From Eledone cirrhosa (lineage: Eukaryota): a DNA stretch of 64,000 nucleotides. The stretch spans positions 43,834,001 through 43,898,000 of the forward strand of contig OZ024748.1 in NCBI GenBank assembly GCA_964016885.1, in the 5' to 3' direction. This document shows positions 55,670-64,000 of the stretch, one piece after another. The stretch's first letter is position 1. Each line of letters begins with the position of its first letter. The notes under the pieces were generated by a model that was not told where the DNA came from, did no database searches, and saw only the letters and a list, made by a program, of their open reading frames with translations. The translations under genes and the position numbers were made by a program.

Positions 55670-57089
55670 ATTATTATTGCCCTTCAGGCTATAACAGAGG
55701 AGTTCAAGACAGGCTGCCCATGGGAACTCCTATACGCAGACGACCTGACACTCATAGCGGAATCAATGGCCGAGCTAGAGAAGAAATTCCAAACATGGAA
55801 GCACGGCCTAGAGTCAAAAGGACTTAAAATTAACCTGGCTAAGACCAAAGTTCTAGTTTGTAGGAAAGAAAATAAGGCGGCGATCCCTTCTGGGAAATGG
55901 TCGTGCTCGGTGTGTAGGAAAGGCGTAGGTAGAAACTCCATTTTATGTCCTAAATGCAAAGTATGGGTGCATAAAAGATGTAGTGGGATCACAGGTAAGC
56001 TAACTAAAAACATAGATTTTACATGTGGCCGGTGTTCTGGTGCAATAAGTAGCAGCAAGTGCCCACAAAATACTAGCTCTTTCAATTGCGCAGAGGGTTC
56101 TATAGAAATAGTGGACAGCTTCCGTTACCTGGGCGATAAAATCAGCAGTGGGGGAGGGTGCTCTGAAAGTACTGTAGCTAGAGTCAGAACTGGTTGGAAA
56201 AAGTTCAGAGAGCTTATACCACTATTAGCTGCTAAAGGGTTCTCCCTAAAAATGAAAGGCAGGTTGTACGATGCCTGCATACGAACAGCAATGCTGCATG
56301 GCAGTGAGACCTGGGCATTGTGTGCAGAGGATATACGCAGACTAGAGAGGAACGAAGCTTGCATGCTCCGCTGGATGTGTAACAGTAATATACGTGAACG
56401 GCAAAGCATAAACGAACTAAGGAAAAAATTAGAGATAAGAGGGATCAGATGTTGTTTACTCGAGAGAAGGCTACGTTGGTATGGACACGTGATGCGCATG
56501 AAAGTCGATAGCTGTATAACAAAGTGCAGGGCAATAAAGATAGACGGTAGTCACGGAATAGGCAGACCTAGAAAAACCTGGGACGAGCTGATAAACTCCG
56601 ACATCACACACTTACACCTCTCCAAGACAATGTCACTGGACCGAGACCTTTGGCGGTACTCAGTAACAGAGAAGACCCGCCTTACCTAAATATATAGTAA
56701 AACCTACTCCAGCCAGTAGGCATCTCTAACAAAATACACCCCGTCCCACCACCACCACCCCCACTCCATCCACACCACCCCGTTCTATGTAAAGTTATGT
56801 TGGTGCCGCGCCATCGAGGCCGAAACAAATGAGATCGTGTAGGTGTCACGACAAAAAAACACACAGTCCACGCTGTAATGTGGCCGTGTAGGCAACACGG
56901 TAAAAACCTCCCAGACCCACACTGTAAATGTGGTTGGTGTTAGGAAGGGCATCCAACTGTAGAAAACCTGCCAGACAGTCCTATGCGAGCAAGATAATCA
57001 CTCTTGCCTCAAGTGGGACTACCCCCGTCCAAACCCATGCAAGTGTGGAACACGGACGTTAAACGTTGATGATGATGATGATGATGATG
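55670..57089 (+). mobile_element. 5'-truncated RTE-clade LINE: RT C-terminus (YADD), PHD-like Cys/His finger, C-terminal domain, 3' UTR and (GAT)n tail
   Basis: Open frame [12 protein letters not shown]...FRYLG...YGHVMRM...GRPRKTW to stop at 56689; tail GATGATGAT. Confidence 0.92.
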
Positions 57090-57131
57090 TATACATATAT
57101 ATATATATACATACATATATATATGTGTATG

Positions 57132-57167
<36 letters not shown>

Positions 57168-57422
57168 AGAGAGAGATCAACTGTTTCCTATATGTGGGTA
57201 CCAAAATATATTAGCAAGATTTGGAGGGTTGCCAAAGCAGACCATAGAACATAATATGCCAAAAGAGGTTTGATTTGCTACACAAATTAATCAATGGAGC
57301 AGCATTTTTGGGTCTTCACAGGCAACTAACCAGTCATGCAGTAATTAAAAACATTGCTATGTATAAGTTGACTGCCAAACATACACTTTTCCTACACTCA
57401 ACATATTTTATTGTATTATTTT

Positions 57423-58450
57423 ATGGCAGTATTGGTAGGGGGTTGGACGCCATGCTTTGCAGCAAAGAGTTACAGCCCTTTAGGGTCTGAGTTCAAATCC
57501 CGCCGAGGTTAACTTTGCCTTTCATCCTTACGGGGGTTTATAAAATAAAGTACCAGTAATACACTGGAATAATTGCTGGCCTTGTGCCAAAAGTAGAAAT
57601 AATTATTTTATGTGGGATAAGGGCAGTGGATTGGTAGAATTGGTAGAGCATCATACACCCTGCTTCGTGGCTTTTAGCTATTGGCCATTTATGATTTGAG
57701 TTCAAATCCTGCTGAGGTTAGCGTTGCCTTTCATCCTTACAGGGTGGTTAAAATAAAGTACCGGTAATGCACTGAGGTCGATTTAATCAACTTTCCCTCA
57801 CTCTTCAAAATTACTGGCCTTGTGCCTATAGTAGAAACAATTATTATTATCATCATCAGGGTGGTGGATTGGCAGAATCGTTAGAGCGTCGGACACCCTG
57901 CTTTGTAGCATAAAGTTAAGGCCCTTTACATTCTGATTTCAAATCCCGCTAAAGTTAGCTTCACCTTTCATCCTTACGGGGTCGATAAAATAAAGTACCA
58001 GTAATGCACTGGGATCAATTTAATTGACTTTCCCCTCTCCTTCAAATTGCTGTGGGGGATAACGCAGTGGATTAGCAGAATCAGTAGAGCATCGGATGAA
58101 ATATATTGCAGTATTTTGTTACAACCTTCTATGTTCTGGTTTCAAATCTTGCCATGGTCAAGTTTGTCTCTCTTTTTCAGGATGGTGGATGTCGATAAAA
58201 TAAAGGACCAGTAAAGTACTGGGGGGGGGGGGGGGGGGGTCAGTGTAATCAACGTTTCCCTTCCCCACAAAATTGTAGGCTTTGTGCCTAAAATAACAAC
58301 CATTTAATTACATCTCTTTACCTTTTAAGTTCAAATCCTACCTTGGTCAACTTAGCAGCTTATCTTTCCAGGGTCGATAAAATAAACCCTTCATTTACAG
58401 GGTCAATTTAATCAATTTTCCCCTTCCCTCAAATTGTTGGTCTTCTGCTT
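57423..58450 (+). mobile_element. Head-to-tail chain of about five copies of the same SINE
   Basis: Repeated A/B box head, CTTTCATCCTTACGGGGTCGATAAAATAAAGTACCAG core and ATT tail. Other copies or chains at about 5757-5965, 40131-40254, 41425-41635, 47250-47680, 49594-49985, 55211-55328 and 62058-62242. Confidence 0.85.
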
Positions 58451-59449
58451 AAATTTAACAAACATGGATGAACCATAAAAAATGCTTTGCAGAATGTCTA
58501 AAGTCTAACCCTTTAGTGTTCAAACCGGCCAGAATTCTCTACCTTTTTCTGTTGTAACTGGTCGCTCAAACTGATGTTAAGGTATTGTTCTCAAAATAAA
58601 TACTTTCAAAATCTCATAGATTCGATATTATGTGAGGTAAAGTCTTTACCATGAAAATATAATAGTAAATATAGAGCAATGTGAATGCTAAAGGGCTAAA
58701 GTGTGTTTCAAACTGTGAAGCTCATCAGGCCAGTCCTTACCCCAGTTTCACGACATGAAACGGCTGAGAGTACAACACTTCCCCCTGGACAGGACACCAG
58801 TCCATTGCAGGGTTAAACCCCCAGCTATTGCTGGTATTCATTTTCATCTGAGTTTACTGGAGCAACATGAAATGAAGTGTTTTGGCTCAAGAACACAACA
58901 CACAACTCAGCCCAAAATCGAACCCACATTATGATCATAAGCCAAACACCCTTACCACTCAGCCACGCACCTCCAGCATGTAGTTAAGGCTTTTTATATT
59001 CCGAGTCCATCATTTACTGGTGAAGTCAAGGTAAAGTTTATTTTTATCATATCCAGGAATAAAAATGGTAATAATTGTATAAGGAAGATAATATCTCTTA
59101 AAATATTCATATATTCTGCTCTTATTTCTATTTTCACTTTTTATGTTGAAGTTAAGCAATAAATTGGTTGAGCCGTTAGAACATTTGAGTTTAACCTGTT
59201 AGCATTTAAACCGGCCATAACTGGCCAGAATTCTCTCACCTCTTTCTGTTCAAACTGGCTGTATCTAGCCAGAATTCTCTCACCTCTTTTTGTTCAAACT
59301 AGCTGTATCTTCTTTTTAATTCTTTTAATGGCTAGAATATATGCAGCTCACCACACCCATTGTGTTGTGCCAAATGATCATTTGTGAAGTCACTGATGTT
59401 CAAGGCGCCGATGTCATATAATTAAACTGATCACATCATGAGTTGCTAA

Positions 59450-59895
59450 TTAAAGTGGTTGTGATGGTGACACGGCTAAAAGCACTCAATACACACTGTA
59501 AAGTGATTGTGTAGGTGTCACGACAAAAAACACCCAATACACACTGTAAAGTGGTTGTGGTGGTGTCATAACCAAAAACACCCAATCCACACTGTAAAGT
59601 GATCATGTAGGTGTCACGACAAAATGCACCCAGTCCACACTGTAAAGTGGTCGTGTAGATGTCACAAAAAAAAAACACCCAGTCCACATTGTAAAGTGGT
59701 GTAGGTGTCACGACAAAAAGCACCCAATACTCTTATAAATGTGGTTGGCGTTAGGAAGTGCATCCAGCTTTAGAAACCAAGCCAGAAACAGTTCTGTATG
59801 AGCAAGACACAGTCACCTGACCTGACTTGTCTCACAATGGGACAGTTTGTCTAACCCATGCTGATGTGTAAAATGGACATTAAATGATGATGTTG
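59450..59895 (+). mobile_element. RTE 3' UTR fragment with ~48-bp tandem units
   Basis: Same unit and 3' end as 37340-37870. Confidence 0.78.
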
Positions 59896-61057
59896 ATGTT
59901 TGCCATTAGAACTATAGCAAGGAAAGGTTTTAAGGAAGGTTTTACAAAGCAACAGGAAACCTCTTGAGATTAAATGACAAAAAGAAAGTTATATTTCATA
60001 TATTTACTGTCAGGTGAAACTAAGGATTAATTCTAGAATATTGGATTAGTCATCAGCCAAAATAACGTGTGTGTTGGTGTGTGCATTAGTGTTTATGTAT
60101 GTGTGTCTGTATATGTATATATCTGTGCATAATTCAGTTGTTGTTCAGCCCCAAGTGCTCTCCTGGTTTTGCAGGCCTATGATTAATACTTTCGCTACCG
60201 TATTTCTAATGAAATTATTTTGTAAACTAAACATATACATAGCTGATCTCTTGGACTTTTACGAAGTGCTGAGGGGATTAAGTTAATATAAAGAGTGGTG
60301 TGCTAATGTGCAGAGATACTATAAAACAACCTATAGAGTGAAGCCTCTTGAAGACAGAAAAAGAAGTTATCGACAGCTATGAGGAAATGACCCCATATCT
60401 TATGATGGCAACTTGTTTCTATTGAAGGGTCTTAACTCTATTTTTAAGCTATTTTATAGCAACTCCATGCATGACCACACCACCTTTTATATTAAATGAA
60501 ACCATATTTACACACATCCTCCATTCTGTGTCTTCAAATATCTGTTAAAAACTCTATTGCTGTCTTCTCAAGTATTTGTATCTGTTGATGGTCTCTCTTT
60601 CACTCACTGCCTGTCTCTCTTTCCCTCCCTGCCTCTGTCTCTCTCTTTCACTCACTGCCTCCCTCTCTCTTTCCCTCCGTCTCCGTCTCTCTTTCCCTCC
60701 CTGTCTCCGTCTCTCTCACTCTCCCCATCTCTCTTTCCCTCACTGCCTCTCTCTCTCTCTCTCACTTTCCCCATCCCTCCCTATTACCAGCAACTGGGGT
60801 CCCATGCTCTGGCCACCCCAAGATCCTGGTGGACACAACAGAGAAGAGGTTTCCCCAGAGGATGGTGAAGGAGACATTCCAGCTTACACCTGTGGGTAGC
60901 TAACTCCATGGAAGAGGAAGACCAAGGTTAACGTATGTTGATGCCCTAAGGACAGACACTGGTCTGTTGGAGACGCAGGACATGGCAGCGATAATGAGGG
61001 GCAGAGACCGCTGGAGAGAACTCATCCATGGATCTTGGGAATTTTACCCACCCTAGA

Positions 61058-62050
61058 ATATATAGTGTATATATATAGTGTATATATAGTGCATATATAG
61101 TGTATATACAGTGTATATATAGTGGATATACAGTGGATATATAGCATATATACAGTGGATATATAGTGTATATATACAGTGTACTTATAGCGTATATATA
61201 TATAGTGTATATACAGTGTATATATAGTGATATACAATGGATATATAGTGTATATATAGTGTATATACAGTGGATATATAGCATATATAGTGGATATATA
61301 GTGTACTTATAGTGTATATATATATATATATAGAGTATATACAGTGTATATATAGTGATATACAATGGATATATAGTGTATATGCAGTGTACTTATAGTG
61401 TATATACAGTGTATATATAGTGTATATACAATGTATATATAGTGGAAATACAGTGTATATACAGTTTATATATAGTGTATATACAGTTTATATATAGTGT
61501 AAATACAGTGGATATATAGTGGATATGTAGTGTATATATAGTGTATATACAATGTACATATCGTGTATATATAGTGTACATATAGTGTATATATAGTGTA
61601 TATACAGTGTACATAGTGTATATACAGTGTATATACAGTGGATATATAATGTAAATAGTGTACATATAGTGTATATACAGTGTATATATAGTGTATATAC
61701 AGTGTACATATAGTGTATATATAGTGCATATACAGTGTATATATAGTGGAAATACAGTGTATATACAGTTTATATATAGTGTAAATACAGTGGATATATA
61801 GTGTATATATAGTGAATATACACTATATATACAGTGTATATATAGTGCATATACAGTGGATATATAGTGTATATAGTGCATATACAGTGGATATATAGTG
61901 TATACAGTGTATATATAGTATATATGTAATGCATATACAGTGTATATATAGTATATATACAGTGTATATATAGTGTACATACAGTGGATATATAGTGTAT
62001 ATACAGTGGATATATAGTGTATATACAGTGTACATATAGTGTATATATAT
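61058..62050. repeat. Degenerate AT-rich ~11-bp repeat (TATATA(C/T)AGTG)
   Basis: Directly visible. Confidence 0.9.
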
Positions 62051-62288
62051 ATATATGATTGTTTCTACTTTTGGCACAAGGCCAGCAATTAACCAGTACA
62101 TTACTGGTACTTTATTTTATCGACCCCGTAAGGATGAAAGGTAAAGTTAACCTCGGTGGGATTTGAACTCAGAATGGCAAGGTCCGTAACTCTATGCGTC
62201 AAAGCATGGCGTCCGACCCTCTACTGACACTGCCAATCCACCATACAATGTATATAGTGTATATAGTGTATATATAGTGTATATACAA

Positions 62289-63018
62289 AAGGCTTTTCCC
62301 TCAAAATGAAAGGCAGACTATATGATGCGTGTATACGAACAGCAATGTTACATGGTAGTGAGACCTGGCGCTGACTGTGGAAGTCTTGCGTAGATTAGAA
62401 AGAAACGAAGCCTGCTTACTCTGTGTAATAGTAATATACGCGAACGGCAAAGCATAAATGAAGTGAGAGAGAGACTGAGCATAGGAGGAATCAAATGCTG
62501 TGTGCAGGAGAGGCGGTTGCGTTGGTATGGACATGTGATGCGTATGAAGGATGACACCTGCATAAAAAGGTGCAGAGCAGCAGAAGTCGATGGAAACCGC
62601 GGAGTGGGGAGACCCAAGAAGACCTGGGATGAGGTGATAAAAGCCGACCTTACCCAATTACACCTCTCAAAGGCGATGACACACAACCGTGGCCTCTGGC
62701 GTCACGCAGTAATACAGAAGACCCGACCCCCCACGGGTACAAGCCGAAGCTGAAGCATATAGACAATATGCCCCCACACCCTCCCACTGCAAAAAAAGCA
62801 CCCAGCCCACACTGTAAAGTGGATGTGGAGGTGCCACAGAAAAAAAAAGCACCCAGCACTCACTGTAAATGAGGTTGACGTTAGGAAGGACATCAAGCCA
62901 GAATCAGTTCCTGTATGAGCAAGACAAGGTCAGCCGACCGGACACTGCCTACAACAGGACAACCCGTCTAACCCATACTAGCGTGGAAGAACGGACGTAA
63001 AATGGTGATCATGATGAT
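62289..63018 (+). mobile_element. RTE LINE 3' fragment, same subfamily as 14637-15930
   Basis: [14 protein letters not shown]...GRPKKTWDEVIKADL and a matching 3' UTR. Confidence 0.9.
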
Positions 63019-63333
63019 ATACAGTGTGTATATAGTGCATATAACCCCCCCCCCCCCCCTTTTTTTTTTAAAGACATGAAAATAAAAAATATGAAAAACA
63101 TTTTATTAAAATATAAAAATTAAAAATATTTATTACAAGTGAAAATGTTATTTAAAATGATTTAACTTTCATCAAGTAAACGTTTACGGCGCCGGAGAAA
63201 TCGGCGGAGATACCATTCTTTGTGATGTAACATAGAAGGACCGTTATAGACACACAACACTGACATATCATCATGATAATTTAGGTCTGGTAGTAGCTGC
63301 AACAAAACAAAATAATTATATATTACAAATAAT

Positions 63334-63606
63334 TCTTTCTACTTTTGGCACAAGGTCAGCAATTATTCCAGTACATTACTGGTACTTTTTCTTATCGACC
63401 CTGTAAGGATGAAAGGCAAAGTTAACCTCGGTGGGATTTGAACTTGGAACGTAAAGGGCCATAACTCTATACCGCAAAGCATGGCATCCGACCCTCTACC
63501 GATACTGCCAATCCACCGAACTTTGCTTTTCATCCTTACGGGGTCGATAAAATAAAGTACCAGTAATGCACTTGGGTAATTGCTGGCCTTGTGCCAAAAG
63601 TAGAAC
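63334..63606. mobile_element. Head-to-head SINE composite (full minus copy plus 3' half on plus) within one 20-bp TSD
   Basis: AATTATATATTACAAATAAT at 63314-63333 and 63607-63626. Confidence 0.8.
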
Positions 63607-63702
63607 AATTATATATTACAAATAATAAATGTTATTAAAATTATTTCTAGTATTGGAACAAGGCCAGCAATTTACGTGAAGCAAGGGTGGGGTGGGGGTT
63701 GA

Positions 63703-64000
63703 CTATATCAACCCCAGTACTACAACTGGTACTATATTATATCAACTCCAGTATTACAACTGGTACTATAGTATATCAATTTCAGTATTACAGCTGGTAC
63801 TGTATTATATCCACCCCAGTATTACAACTGGTACTGTATTATATCAACCCCAGTACTACAACTGGTACTGTATTATATCAACTCCAGTATTACAACTGGT
63901 ACTATAGTATATCAACCCAAGTATTACAACTGGTACTGTATTATATCAACACCAGTATAACAACTGGTACTGTACTATATCAACTCCAGTACTACAACTG
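63703..64000. repeat. 34-bp minisatellite grown from a SINE body; runs off the window
   Basis: TATCAACCCCAGTACTACAACTGGTACTGTATTA, continuing a minus-strand SINE 3' end at about 63640-63700. Confidence 0.88.

Noticed and set aside
57860-57950. tRNA genes
   Set aside because: The A/B boxes belong to SINE heads; no cloverleaf is supported.

Overview
Repeat-rich, AT-rich animal genomic DNA; the SINE, RTE LINE and microsatellite repertoire suggests an octopus or other coleoid cephalopod (inference). The only host gene found is a minus-strand Spire-like actin nucleator, seen as three phase-compatible coding exons covering the KIND domain (51461-51143, a 35-nt microexon at 6310-6276, and 3889-3656); the gene continues past the left edge. 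Its ~44.8-kb first intron holds a ~15.2-kb 30/28-bp satellite with an internal inversion and higher-order structure, a 200-N gap, and many RTE and CR1-like LINE fragments, tRNA-derived SINEs, piggyBac-like and Tc1/mariner-like MITEs, and TE-derived minisatellites. A Helitron-like element lies near the left end. The most unexpected signal is a set of type I hammerhead-ribozyme-like motifs (CUGANGA...GAAA...NUH) in short non-coding insertions next to (TA)n tracts. One lies on the Spire sense strand inside a ~135-bp insertion with a target-site duplication (TSD). The giant ORFs in the ORF track are translations of repeats.
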